From the human T2T-CHM13v2.0 reference genome, Homo sapiens, in the NCBI RefSeq assembly GCF_009914755.1, contig NC_060930.1: DNA of 64,000 nucleotides, one strand, 5' to 3'. A program made the translations under genes and the position numbers. Below the pieces are notes generated by a model. The model was not told the origin of the DNA and did not search any database. It saw only the letters and a program-made list of their open reading frames with translations. Positions 14,205 to 28,249 of this stretch are shown piece by piece. Numbering within the stretch: position 1 is the stretch's first letter; the number at the start of each line of letters is the position of its first letter.

Positions 14205-14470
14205 TTTTTTTTTTTTTTTTTTGAGACAGAGTCTCACTCTGTCGCCCAGGCTGGAATGCAGTGGCACAATCTTAGCTCACTGCAACCTCCGCCTCCTGAG
14301 TAGCTGGGACTACAGGCACATGCCACCACACCCAACTAATTTTTGTATTTTTAGTAGAGTCTGGGTTTCGCCTTGTTGGCCAGGCTGGTCTCAAACTCCT
14401 GGCTGCAAATGATCCTTCCGCTTCTGCCTCCCAAAGTGCTGGGATTACAGGCGTCAGCCACTGCCCAGCG
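14205..14470 (-). mobile_element. Alu with internal deletion
   Basis: Poly(T) then reverse Alu; about 30 bp missing between gcctcc motifs. Confidence 0.9.
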
Positions 14471-15234
14471 TATGGGCCCCATCTTTACGTGTGTGCATGT
14501 GGGAGCATGTATATAGGATATATATACTACATTTCATTTCTTTTACAATATATCATGGAAGATGATGTTTCTGATAACACAGTTTAGCTTCCATTTCCCA
14601 AACCCAGCTCGTAAAGGTCCTTGATGTGTGCATGTGTGTCTACCCTTTCCCAGCACACTGCCTGCTCTCACTCCCTTACTAACTTTCCTGACGTTCTCCA
14701 TTCTGTGGCTGGGAGTCTTGGCCCACACCAAAGGCAAGCATTTGAAATTGCCTTTTCAGTCTCCAGAATTGGAGATTTGTCAATTCTTCATTTTCAAAGT
14801 GCTGGTGGCTTTTTTTCTCTTCTAAGTGTTGTTTTTTTAAGTTACTTTAAGCATATCCTTATTTTAGAAACCTAGGAAAACTAATGCACACATCTCATTG
14901 GTAATTTGTCTATCTTGAAGAACCTTTTTAAAGTGGTGTTCAACAATCAGAAAGCTTAGTATTTCTTGGCTATACACATTTGATTTACCAAAATTGCAGA
15001 ATATCTTAGAAGACTATTTTACAAAACGAAATGAGGGTAAGTCATACATTTCATGAAAAAAGGACCATGTATTTGATTCAATCTGTCATTTGCTATCAAA
15101 CAGTTGTAGTGGCTTTCTTGTTCACCTCCTCTTACATACACTGTTGAAGGTTTTCATCTGATCCTTGTTGCAAGGTCAGTCAAGAAAGTGCTCAACAAGT
15201 CTTGGAGGTTTCTGTGAGTGGTAAAAGGAAGCTG

Positions 15235-15263
15235 GTGTGTGTGTGTGTGTGTGTGTGTGTGTG
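15235..15263 (+). repeat. (TG)n microsatellite
   Basis: Uninterrupted GT dinucleotide run. Confidence 0.95.
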
Positions 15264-18001
15264 CACATGCCCTTAAGGAAGCTGGGTGTGTGTGTGCCTG
15301 CCCTTGGTGAGGCTCTGCTCATGTGGCTGCCAGTGTCTGAAACTGCCCCGACCATTGCAGATCAACATAAATTGGTTAAAATCTCAAAAGCAGTTTTTCA
15401 CCAACTTGTAAAAAATAGTGTGAAGCTTTGTCAAATGTGTTAACAAATTCACATTAGAGTCACAAGGGTTAAATTTTGCATTACTACTTTTTATAGCCAC
15501 TTTCACTGTTGAATGCATTAGATGGGAGTGGTGTAATGATGTAATTTTTGCAAGCATGAAATTAGAAAACTTATCCATGTAAGTATAGAGTTTGATGTAT
15601 TGAGATGTAAATGTATTCTGTTTTGTTTATATATGAATGAATTTTTTTGCTTATTATAAATAGGCTTTTGAATTTTGTTCATCTAAAGATTCACTTTGCA
15701 TGTGCGTAGTCAGGGTTTTTTGAGTTTTTTTTTTGTTTTTTTTTTTAATGTAAGTTCTGGGATACATGTGCAGAACTTGCAGGATTGTTACAGAGGTATA
15801 CATGTGCCATTGTGGTTTGTTGCACCTATCAACCCGTCATCTAGGTTTTAAGCCCCACATGCATTAGGTATTTGTCCTAATGCTGCCCCTCCCCTTGCCC
15901 CCAACCCCCCAACAGGACCCAGTGTGTGATGTTCCCCTCCCTGTGTCCGTGTGCTCTCATTGTTCAACTCCCACTTATGAGTGAGAACATGCGGTGTTTG
16001 GTTTTCTATTCTTGTGTTAGTTTGCTGAGAATTATGGTTTCCAGCTTCATCCATGTCCCTGCAAAGGACATGAACTCATTCTTTTTTATGGCTGCATAGT
16101 ATTCCATGGTGTGTGTATGCCACATTTTCTTTATGCAGTCTATCATTGATGGGCATTTGGATTGGTTCCAAGCCTTGCTATTGTAAATAGTACTGCAGTA
16201 AACATACGTGTGCATGTGTCTTTATAGTAGAAAGATTTATACCTTTGGGTATATACCTAGTAATGGGATTGCTGGGTCAGATGGTATTTCTGGTTCTAGA
16301 CCCTTGAGGAATTGCTACACTGTCTTCCACAATGGTTGAACTAATTTACAGTCCCATCAGCAGTGTAAAAGCATTCCTATTTCACCACATCCTCGCCAGC
16401 ATAGTTGTTTCCTGACTTTTTAATGATCACCATTCTGACTGGCATGAAATGGTATCTCATTGTGGTTTTAATTTGCATTTCTCTAATGACCAGTGATGAT
16501 GAGCTTTTTTCTTCATATGTTTGTTGGCTGCATAAATGTCTTCTTTTGAGAAGTGTCTGTTCATATCCTTCATCCACTTTTTGATGGGGTTGTTTTTTTC
16601 TTGAAATTTAAGTTCCTTGTAGATTCTGGATATTAGCCCTTTGTCAGAAGGATAGATTGCAAAAATTTTCCCCCATTCTGTAGGTTGCCTGTTCACTCTG
16701 ATGATAGTTTCTTTTGCAGTGCAGAAGCTCTTCAGTTTAATTAGATCCCATTTGTCAATTTTGGCTTTTGTCACAATTGCTTTTGGTGTTTTAGTCATGA
16801 AGTCTTTGCCCATGCCTATGTCCTGAATGGTATTGTCTAGGTTTTCTTCTAGGGTTTTTATGGTTTTAGGTTTTACGTTTAAGTATTTAATCCATCTTGA
16901 GTTAATTTTTGTATAAGGTATAAGGAAGGGGTCCAGCTTCTGTTTTCTGCTTATGGCTAGCCAGTTTTCACAGCACCATTTATTAAACAGGGAATCTTTT
17001 CCCTGTTGCTTGTTTTTGTCAGGTTTGTCAAAGATCAGATGGTTGTAGATGTGTGGTGTTATTTCTGAGGCCTTTGGTCTATATATCTGTTTTGGTACCA
17101 GTACCACGCTGTTTTGGTTACTGTAGCCTTGTAGTATAGTTTGAAGTCAGGTAGCGTGATGGCTCCAGCTTTGTTCTTTTTGCTTACGGTTGTCTTGGCT
17201 ATACGGGCTTTTTGGTTCCATATGAAATTTAAAGTAGTTTTTTCTAATTCTATGAAGAAAGTCAATGTTAGCTTGGTGGGAATAGCATTGAATCTATAAA
17301 TTACTTTGGGCAGTATGGCCATTTTCATGATATTAATTCTTCCTATCCATGAGCATGGAATGTTTTTCCATTTGTTTGTGTCCTCTCTTATTTCCTTGAG
17401 CAGTGGTTTGTAGTTCTCCTTGAAGAGGTCCTTCACGTCATTTGTAAGTTGTATTCCTAGGTATTTTATTCTCTGTGTAGCAATTGTGAATGGGAGTTCA
17501 CTCATGATTTGGCTGTCTGCTTGTCTATTATTGGTGTATAGGAATGCTTGTGATTTTTGCACATTGATTTTTGTATGCTGAGACTTTGCTGAAGTTGCTT
17601 ATCACCTTAAGGAGTTTTTGGGCTGAGACAATGGGGTTTTCTAAATATACAATCACGTCATCTGCAAACAGAGACAATTTGATTTTCTCTCTTCCTATTT
17701 GAATACTTTTTATTTCTTTTTCTTGCCTGATTGCCCTGGACAGAACTTCCAATACTGTGTTGAATAGGAGTGGTGAGAGAGGGCATCCTTGTCTTGTGCC
17801 GGTTTTCAAAGGGAATGTTTCCAGCTTTTGCCCATTCTGTATGATATTGGCTTTGGGTTTGTCATAAATAGCTCTTGTTATTTTGAGATATCTTCCGTCA
17901 ATACCTAGTTACTGGGAGTTTTTAGCATGAAGGGCTGTTGAATTTTATCGAAGGCCTTTTCTGCATCTATTGAGATAAACGTGATTTTTGTCATTGGTTC
18001 A

Positions 18002-18229
<228 letters not shown>

Positions 18230-18441
18230 TCATAAAATGAGTTAGGGAAAAGTCCCTTGTTTTCTATTGTTTGGAATAGTTTCAGAAGGAATGGTACCAA
18301 CTCCTCTTTGTACCTCTGGTAGAATTCGACTGTGAATCCGTCTGGTCCTGGGCTTTTTTTTGGTTGCTAGGCTATTAATTATTGTGTCAATTTCAGAACC
18401 TATTATTGGTCCGTTCAGGGATTCAGCTTCTTCCTGGTTTA

Positions 18442-18597
<156 letters not shown>

Positions 18598-19992
18598 TTA
18601 TTCTCTGTTTTCTTATTAGTCTGACTAGCAGTCTATCTATTTTGTTAATCTTTTCAAAAAAAAACCCAGCTCCTGGATTCATTGATTTTTTTGAAGGGTT
18701 TTTCATGTCTCTATCTCCTTCAGTTCTGCTCTGATCTTAGTTATTTCTTGTCTTCTGCTAGCTTTTGAATTTGTTTGCTCTTGCTTCTCTAGTTCTTTTA
18801 ATTGTGATGTTAGGGTGTCGATTTCATATCTTTCCTGCTTTCTGATGTGGGCATTTAGTGCTAGAAATTTCCATCTTAACACTGCTTTAGCTGTGTCCTA
18901 GAGATTCTGGTACGTTGTCTCTTTGTTCTCATTGGTTTCAAATAACTTCTTCATTTCTGCCTTAATTTTGTTATTTACCCAGTAGTCATTCAGGAGCAGG
19001 CTGCTCGGTTTCCATGTAGTTGTGCAGTTTTAAGTGAGTTTCTTAATCCTGAGCTCTAATTTGATTGCACTGTGGTCTGAGAGACTGTTTGTTATGATTT
19101 CTGTTCTTTTGCATTTGCTGAGGTGCGTTTTACTTCCATTTATGTGGTTGATTTTAGAATAAGTGCTGTCTGGTGCTGAGAAGAATGTATATTCTGTTGA
19201 TTTGGGTTGGAGAGTTCTGTAGATGTCTCTTAGGTCTACTTGGTCCAGAGTTGAGTTCAGAATATCCTTGTTAATTTTTGTCTCGTTGATCTAATATTGA
19301 CAATGGGGTGTTAAAGTCTCCCACTATTACTGTGTGGGAGTCTAAGTCTCTTTGTAGGTCTGTAAGAGCTTGTTTTATGAATCTGGGTGATCCTGTATTG
19401 GGTGCATATATATTTAGGATAGCTACCTCTTCTTGTTGCATTGATCCCTTTACCATTATGTAATACCGCTTTGTCTTTTTTGATCTTTGTTGGATTAAAG
19501 TGTGTAGTATTAGAGACTAGCATTGCAACCTGCTTTTTTTTTTTTTTTTTTTTGCTTTCCATTTGGTAAATATTCCGCCATCCCTTTATTTTAAGCCTAT
19601 GTGTGTCTTTGCACATGAAATGGGTCTCCTGAATACAGCACACCAATAGGTCTTGACTCGTTATCCAAATTGCCAGTCTGTGTCTTTTAATTGGGGCATT
19701 TTGCCCATTTACATTTAAGGTTAATATTGTTATGTGTCATCATGATGCTAGCTGGTTATTTTGCACATTAGTTGATGCAGTTTCTTCATAGTGTCAATGG
19801 TCTTTATTTTTTGGTGTGTTTTTGCAGTGGCTGGTACCAGTTTTTTCTTTCCTTATTTAGTGCTTCCTTCAGGAGCTCTTGTAAGGCAGGCCTGGTGGTA
19901 ACAAAATCCCTCAGCATTTGCTTGTCTGTAAAGGATTTTATTTCTCCTTTACTTGTGAAACTTATTTGGCTGGATATGAAATTCTGAGTTGA

Positions 19993-20155
19993 TTTGCAGA
20001 AGAATTTTCTTTATAAAATTGAAGTTTTAAGGGATGTCAGTGTTTTTGCCATTTTTCCAGTTCCAAAATGATTCCATTCCATTCTAGAAATTTGAAGTAT
20101 GTAACTTGAAATCCTTAATAAAATTTGGATTCAATTTAAAAAAAAAAGAGGGAAA
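19993..20155 (+). pseudogene. 5'-truncated polyadenylated retro-insert (mRNA 3' end or orphan transduction) inside L1 ORF1
   Basis: Non-L1 AT-rich 163 bp, AATAAA at 20117-20122, A-tract from 20138, perfect TSD gaaattctgagttga at 19978-19992 and 20156-20170. Confidence 0.85.
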
Positions 20156-20195
20156 GAAATTCTGAGTTGAAAATTCTTTTCTTTAAGAATGTCGG

Positions 20196-20550
<355 letters not shown>

Positions 20551-22674
20551 TTAGTCTGATGGGCTTCCCTTTGTAGGTAACCTGACCTTTCTCTCTGGCT
20601 GCCCTTAACATTTTTTCCTTCATTTCAACCTTGGAGAATCTGACAATTAGGTGTCTTAGGGTTGCTCTTCTCAAGGAGTATCTTATTGGTATTCTCTGTA
20701 TTTACTGAATTTGAATGTTGGTCTATCTTGTTAGGTTGGGGAAGTTCTCCTGGATAATATCCTAAAGTGTGTTTTCCAACCTGGTTCCATTCTCCCCATC
20801 TCTTTCCGGTACACCAGTCCATCGTAGGTTTGGTCTTTTCACATAGTCCCATATTTCTTGGAGGCTTTGTTCGTTCCTTTTCATTCTTTTTTCTCTAATC
20901 TTGTCGTCATGCCTTATTTCAATATGTTGATCTTCAATCTGTGATATCCTTTCTAACACTTGATTGATTTGGCTATTGATACTTGTGTGTGCTTCACGAA
21001 GTTCTCGTGCTGTGTTTTTCAGCTCCATCGGGTTATTTATGTTCTTCTCTGAACTGGTTATTCCAGTTAGCAGTTCCTGTAAGTGTTTATCAAGGTTCTT
21101 AGCTTCCTTGCATTGGGTTAGAACATGCTCCTTTAGCTCAGAGGAGTTTGTTATTACCCATCTTCTGAAGCCTAGTTCTGTCAGTTCATGAAACTCATTC
21201 TCTCTGTCCAGTTTTGTGCCCTTGCTGGAGAGGAGTTGCGATCATTTAGAGAAGAGGCATTCTGGTTTTTGTAATTTTCAGCATTTTTGCGCTGGTTTTT
21301 CCTCATCTTCGTGGATTCATCTATCTTTGATCTATAAGGCTGATGACCTTTGGATGGGGTTTTTGTGTAGGTGTCCTTTTTGTTAATGTTGATGCTGTTA
21401 CTTTGTTTGTTAGTTTTTCTTCCAACTGGCCTCTCTTCTGCAGGTCTGCTGCAGTTTGCTGGAGGTCCACTCTATACCCTGTTTGCCTGGTATCACCAGC
21501 GGAGGCTGCAGAACAGCAAATATTGCTGCCTGCTCCTTCCTGTGGAAGCTTCCTCCTAAAGGGGCACTGACCAGATGCCAGCCAGAGCTCTCCTGTATGA
21601 GGTGTCTGTCAACCCCTGCTGGGAGGTCTCTCCCAGTCAGGAGGCACGGGGATGAGGGACCCATTGAGGAAGCAGTCTGTCCCTCAGCAGAGCTGGAGTG
21701 CTGTGCTGGGAGAAACCTCCTTGCCAGGATCCGCTGCTGCTCTCTGCAGAGCCGTCAGGCAGGAACGTTTAAGTCCACTGAAGCTGCACCCACAGCAGCC
21801 CCCTTCCCCCAGGTGCTCTGTCCCAGGGAGATGGGAGTTTTATCTATAAGCCCCTGACTGGGGCTGCTGCCTTTCAGAGATGCCCTACCCAGTGAGGAGG
21901 AATCTAGAGAGGTAGTCTGGCCACAACCACTTTGCCGCACTGTGGTGAGTTCCGCCCAGTCCAAACTTCCTGGCCTCCCAGCACTGTTGGGAAAACCGCC
22001 TACCAATCCTCAGTAATGGCAGACGCCCCTCCCCCCACCAAGCTCGATCGTCCCAGGTCGACTTCAGACTGCTGTGCTGGCAGTGAGAATTTCAAGCCAG
22101 TGGTCCTTAGCTTGCTGGGCTCCATGAGAATGGGACCCGCTGAGTGAGACCACTTGGCTCCCTGGCTTCAGCCCCCTTTCCAGGGGAGTGACAGTTCTGT
22201 CTCGCAGGGATTCCAGGCACTACTGGGGTACAAAAAAAAACTCCTGCAGCTAGCTCGGTGTCTGCCCAAACAGCTGCCCAGTTTTGTGCTTGAAACCCAG
22301 GGCCCTGGTGGTGTAGACACACAAGGGAATCTTCTGATCTGCGGATTGCAAAAACTGTGGGAAAAGCATAGTATCTGGGCTGGATAGCACCATCCCTCAT
22401 GGCTTCCCTTGGCTGGGGGAGAGCAGTCCCCAGCTCCTTGCACTTCCTGGGTGAGGCAACACCCCACCCTGCTTCTGGTCACCCTCCATGGGCTGAACCA
22501 ATGCCTAACCAGTCCCATTGAGATGAACCAGGTACCTCAGTTGGAAATGCAGAAATCACCAGCCTTCTGCGTTGGAATTGCTGGGAGCTGCAGACCAGAG
22601 CTGTTCTTACTTGGCCATCTTGCCAGATCTCCAGTATTTTCAGTTCATGGATTGATTACGATCATAGCCATGAC

Positions 22675-22830
22675 ATGATCACAAGGTCCCACAATAGGCC
22701 GTCTGCAGGCTGAGGAGCAAGGAGAGCCAGTCCAAGTCCCAAAACTGAAGACCTTGGAGTCCAGTGTTTGAGGGCAGGAAGCATCCAGCATGGGAGAAGG
22801 ATGTAGGCTGGGAGGCCAAGCCCGTGTCTC
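22675..22830. mobile_element. MLT2A (ERVL LTR) fragment
   Basis: atcacaaggtcccacaataggccgtctgca...gggcaggaagcatccagcatgggagaa matches the recalled MLT2A consensus. Confidence 0.75.
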
Positions 22831-24339
22831 CAGTTTTCTGAGTTTTTTTGGTTTGGTTGTTTTTTGTTTTTTGTTTTTTTTCCTTTTGGCCAGGAATGAT
22901 CTACCAACAGATAATGCTAAATAAATACTCACTTAAATTGAACTTGTGAATTTAAGCTTTCACAAATGATCTGAGCTAAAAGATATATGCAAGTTAATTC
23001 TAGGAGTTTCACTTCTTACATCCTGAGAATAGACACAAGCCAGGCAGTTTTACGTTTTTATTAACCCTAGGAATATGTAAGGAAAATAACCTTAAAATAA
23101 CTCAAAAACCTACCTATTAAAAAACTTATTTCCATGTAAAAAGCACATGTAAGTGCCATGGCTTAGCGTCCAGCATGCCTTTCACTCTTCTGTGTTTGTA
23201 GCTGTGGAAACAGCAATGGGGCACTCAGGAGGTGCGTTCACAACTCTCCCCCAGGGGCCAAGTCCTCCAGACACCTCTCAGGACAGCCTTCAGAGCTTCC
23301 CACCATAGAACTGCCTCCTTTGCCTGCGCTTCTGCATGGCCCCCTGGGGCTCGGTCCCTCCTGAAAAGACCCTGAGGCTGTCCTGTCCATCTGTTCACAC
23401 AAAACCTTTTACCAAATTGTGTACCGGGGTTTTTGAAGCTGATGCGTTTTAGAAGTGATGCTGGTGGGTGACCTGGGGACCAGATTGCTTGTTTTGTCTC
23501 TAAGTTCTTGTTGGAAACATCTCAGCTGCCCATGAGGCTCTGGGTGAAACATGAGGGCCACCTTCGATCTTTATTGGCAAAGTCTTATCTTTATTCAAGA
23601 CCTAGATGACTGGATGGGTGTGGATGGAGTCCTCTTACACACCAGATAAAGTTTGAGTTGCCCTCCCCTGAGTTGGTCTGCCTTCCAATTCTGATGCAAG
23701 TACATTTCCTTTAAACTGAAATTACTTATTAACAATTCTCTTGCATCGCAACCCTCCTGAGTTATCACACCTGAGTTAGCCATTCTTTTTAAAGAGTGTA
23801 CCACTAGAAGAGAAGTGATCTAAATGATCCTCCAAAAACATCCACACCCTCCCCTGGATAAGATGATTCCTGGAAACCTGTCAGCTAAGAAATAAACCTG
23901 TGTATGGCTAGGAGGAGCTAACATTTTACCGCATTTATGAAAAGAAGTAACTTTGTAATTAAAGCCTTTTTGTAGAGTGGTCAGAGGACTTCCACATATT
24001 CTGAGGATGTTCCGTTGTGGTAGTAGCATTAAAAGACAAAAACCTTGGAGTATATTATCTTCCATTAAATACCTGCAAGTTCTGGAGAGAGCTATGGAGG
24101 TATCTTATCTCCTAAATTAGTATTCACATAGGCATTCAATAAATATTTCTTGGCAAAATATTGATTGAATTTAGGATGAAAATTTTTTATATTAAAAAGA
24201 TTTATCAGGACATTTTTCCTACTCTGGTGATTTTCTATAATCTATTATATCATTAGAACTCCTCAAGAGCCAATTCCTTTATTGTTGGTGAGTTACTTGT
24301 TTTCTGTGTGTAAATGATTTTGTAGCCTTTTTGTTGAAA

Positions 24340-24482
24340 CTCAGCAGCTGAATCACCTGGCTGGTGTGTTAAAACACAAATTGCTGGGCCCTACCCCTAG
24401 AATTTCTAATTGAGTAAGTCTAGGGTGGGACTGAAGAATTTGCATTTCTGAGTTCCCAGATGATACTAAGGCTGTTGGTCTA
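24340..24482. mobile_element. MER5A hAT element
   Basis: aatcacctgg...gctgggccctacccctagaatttct...gaatttgcatttct. Confidence 0.7.
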
Positions 24483-24588
24483 ATAAAAGATGTGGGAGAG
24501 AGAAAAATAAAACCTGTTGATTCCATAAGTTGTTTACCAGCTTTGTTCACTAGTATGTCACTTACGTGTCACGGCCTCTGAAGACTGA

Positions 24589-25292
24589 GAACCGATGAAA
24601 TCGTTCAGTCCATTTGCTGGCACTGTTGCCTGCGGTGCTAGCCTCTCTCTGGTTCCTGAGCAGCCCCACCTTGGAAGAACGGATGAAATCGTTCAGTCCA
24701 TTCACCTGCACCGTTGCCTGCGGTGCTAGCCTCTCACTGGTTCCTGAGCAGCCCCACCTTGGAAGAACGGATGAAATCGTTCAGTCCATTCACCTGCACC
24801 GTTGCCTGCGGTGCTAGCCTCTCACTCGTTCCTGAGCAGCCCCACCTTGGAAGAACGGATGAAATCGTTCAGTCCATTCACCTGCACCGTTGCCTGCGGT
24901 GCTAGCCTCTCTCTGGTTCCTGAGCAGCCCCACCTTGGAAGAACGGATGAAATCGTTCAGTCCATTCACCTGCACCGTTGCCTGCGGTGCTAGCCTCTCA
25001 CTGGTTCCTGAGTAGACCCACCTTGGAAGAACGGATGAAATCGTTCAGTCCATTCACCTGCACCGTTGCCTGCGGTGCTAGCCTCTCTCTGGTTCCTGAG
25101 CAGCCCCACCTTGGAAGAACGGATGAAATCGTTCAGTCCATTCACCTGCACCGTTGCCTGCGGTGCTAGCCTCTCACTGGTTCCTGAGCAGCCCCACCTT
25201 GGAAGAACGGATGAAATCGTTCAGTCCATTCACCTGCACCGTTGCCTGCGGTGCTAGCCTCTCTCTGGTTCCTGAGCAGCCCCACCTTGGAA
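24589..25292 (+). repeat. Minisatellite/VNTR, 8 x 88 bp, near-identical copies
   Basis: Unit gaacggatgaaatcgttcagtccattcacctgcaccgttgcctgcggtgctagcctctcWctggttcctgagcagccccaccttggaa; explains the repeated ORFs 24614..25345. Confidence 0.97.
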
Positions 25293-26010
25293 TCCCACTG
25301 TCTATTGCAGTGGATGTCCCCGCCACCACCTGGGCAAGTCCGTAGATCTGGAGTCCCAGTCACCTCAGCATGCTTCCCCTAATCGTTGCGTGGATCCATT
25401 CCCTCACCTCTTTGCCTGCCTCTTGTTTTTCCCTTTACATTCCCCCAGTCAGCTTCCCACTGCTGCCAGAGTCCTCCTGCATAGCAGACTTGATGCTGGT
25501 CTTCCTTAGGGCTTCCCTCCAGTGTGCTCCTATTGCACTTGGGACATTTCCCTTCCCTGAACTTCCCCTTTTCTTCTCTCGTCTTTGTTCATTTCTACCC
25601 CCTCTTCAAATCTCAGCTCAAGTCTCTTCCTCACAATGTCTCTGCCCTGCAGCAGCAGTCCTCTGCCCTACGCTTTGTAGTTGGACACGAGTGTATTTGG
25701 TTAGTTTCAGTGTGCTCCACTGATTGTAAATGTTCCCCGGGGGCAGACAGTGAGTCATTTCCCTGTGTCAGCACCTCCTGTGGTGCCTGGCATGTGATTG
25801 GTTGGATGCTTGGGTAGAGGTCAGGAAGGCTGGAAGGCTTTTATCACTGTCCATTGTTGCCTCCTTTCAATCCCAGAATAAGTTTTGTTTATAAGTGTCC
25901 TTTATCCAGCAAAGTCCAGCCCAATGTTCCCACCAGTCTCTTCCATGAAAATTTATTAATGCCCTGCCCCAATTTGTTTGTTACTCTCTTTGACCTTCAG
26001 AACTCTAACA

Positions 26011-26135
26011 GGCTGGGCACGGTGACTCATGCCTATAATCCCAGCTCTTTGGGAGGCCTAGGTGGGAGGACCACTTGAGGCCAGGTGTTCAAGACCAGCC
26101 TGGGCAACATAGCAAGACACTGTCTCCAAAAAAAG
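26011..26135 (+). mobile_element. Free left Alu monomer (FLAM-type)
   Basis: Single Alu arm followed by an A-tail. Confidence 0.85.
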
Positions 26136-26532
26136 GGAAAGAACTCCTGTCATAAAACCTTCGCACTCTTGTAATATTTGCACAGCCTTCTCCTGCAAGC
26201 TCTTCCAAGGTAGCTAGCAGCTGTTCATCTTTCATGTGGGGCCACTCAGGTGCAGAGCACCTAGAATTGTATGTATCAGTGCATATGAATGGAGCTTCAG
26301 TTCTCAGCCTTCATAGAAACTTTTGTGACAGTATGGTAGGAAAAATGTTGGTAAACAATTGATGGATCTTGCGTTTCTTCCTTCCTGTCTTGTTTATTAG
26401 ACAGATACCTGGAAATCTCTTCCTTGGATGTCTAAGCCCATCTCATGGAGTCTGAACCTGTAGGGAGTGAGTAAGAGATCACAAGTTCCTAGTTGTGTAT
26501 TCAGGAAGTCTCTCATTGATCATTTCCACTAG

Positions 26533-26846
26533 ACAGCCCTGCATTGCTTAACCACAGTGATCAGTTCTGAGAAATGCGCAGCTAGGTGATTCTCTCATGA
26601 GAACATCATAGAATGTACTTGCACAAACCTAAATTGTGTGGCCTGTGTCTCCCAGGCTGCAAACCTGTGAAGCGTGTGGCTGCCGAATACTGTAGGCAGC
26701 TGTAACAGTGGCAAGCATTTGTGTATGTAAACATTCCTAAACATAGAAAAGGTAGAGTAAAAATATGGTATTGTGATCTTACGGGACCACCATTATATGT
26801 GAGATCTATCGATGACCAAAATGTTGTTATGTGGCGCATGGCTGTA
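26533..26846. mobile_element. Tigger3a (MER7A)
   Basis: ttctgagaaatgcg...acacaaacct...aaacatagaaaaggta...tatgtggcgcatggctg-TA. Confidence 0.8.
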
Positions 26847-27189
26847 CTGGGTTCTACTAAATATATGTAATGAATCTTTTTTTTTTTGTATTCAATTTTC
26901 ATGTGTAAGCAATGAAACACAGGTAAAATCTTTCCACTGTCCATCTCCCTGCACGCTGATGGGGACATGACCTTTCAGCCATGTTCATAAATGTCTTATT
27001 CACATTAAAAAAGGACTGGAAACTTGTATTTCAGAATATGGTTATATCTGGGTGGTAGAATTGTACATTGTTTTTATTTTCTTCTTTATACTTTCCTGTC
27101 TGAATTGTAGTCAAAAAATGATTTTCAAAATCGTTAGTATATTTGAAATAACTGTGATAATAGAAGATTCATTACTTACCTTAGATCCG

Positions 27190-27495
27190 AGACTAGTAAA
27201 CTTATTCTGTGAAGGGTAATGTAGAAAATATTTCAGGCTTTGCAGGCCACATGGTCTCTGTTACTTAGGTTGGTCATTAAAGCCTGGAAGGAACCGTGGA
27301 CGATACCCACGTGTGTATACATGGTCCAGTAAAGCCCAGCCTCAGTTGCTGTAATTGGAATTTTGTGTGGTTTTCCTGCATCATGAAATATCATTTTTAC
27401 TTTGGTTTTTTTTTTTCAACCACTTAAAAATATGAAAGCCCTTCTTAGTTCATGGGGTGCATAAAAACAGGCAGGAGCTGGGTTTGTCCCGAGAC
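27190..27495. mobile_element. MER58-type hAT element
   Basis: aaacttattctgtgaaggg...aaatatttcaggctttgcaggccacatggtctctgt. Confidence 0.6.
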
Positions 27496-28249
27496 TGCAC
27501 ACGTTGCCTGAGTTGGTTATTTTCCTGAAAGTATGTTTCTAAGAAGTAATTACTGACACTTGTGGTTGTCTTGGACTCATCTCTATCTTAAGTACTACTG
27601 CCATAGGGTTGTTTTGTTTTTGCTAATTATCCTTAGCATTTTCTTAAGAGAAAAATATGTTTTTTCTCTCTCCAAAATAAATAATGAAAAAGCTTTTCAG
27701 GTGGAGGGAATACTTCAGCCATTTTGGAAATGTAAGTGAGTTTTGTTGAGTTGTTTCACTTCTGATGGCGGGAAATATACCACTGAGAGTAGTCAGTGCT
27801 ATCGTGGGAAACATAAGAAAAGAAAGAGAAGAATTTCCTTTTTTGGGTCATTTGGACTCTGAGGCCGTTTGGTTAGTAGGTTCTGTTTCCTTAGTAAACA
27901 AAAGGGACATTTAGATCCCAGCCAGCCTTGAGCTTTTGGCATGTATTTTATAGCCAAGTGGTCCTCACAGAAAATCACAGCTGTGGATAGCAAGGGAGGA
28001 CATCTCAGCAGTCACAGATTAACAAGTCTGACCTTAGAAACAGCACCTTTCTGTTTGTCAGAGTGTGGAAGCAGAGCTGCACCTGCATCTGCAACTCAGT
28101 GTGAGTCGTCATCATTTGTCGTGGTTTCAGTCAATGAGTAAGGGTGTTTTTCTTTTGATTTTAATAGTTTAAACATCTATATAAAATATAGAAGTGAAAC
28201 ACTAAAAATTACATTTTAGGAATTTCTGTGTATTTAATAGTTTTAGGAA

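Noticed and set aside
24589-25292. CRISPR-like array or ribozyme array
   Set aside because: Units are contiguous and near-identical with no unique spacers and no cas genes. No hammerhead CUGANGA/GAAA core is present.
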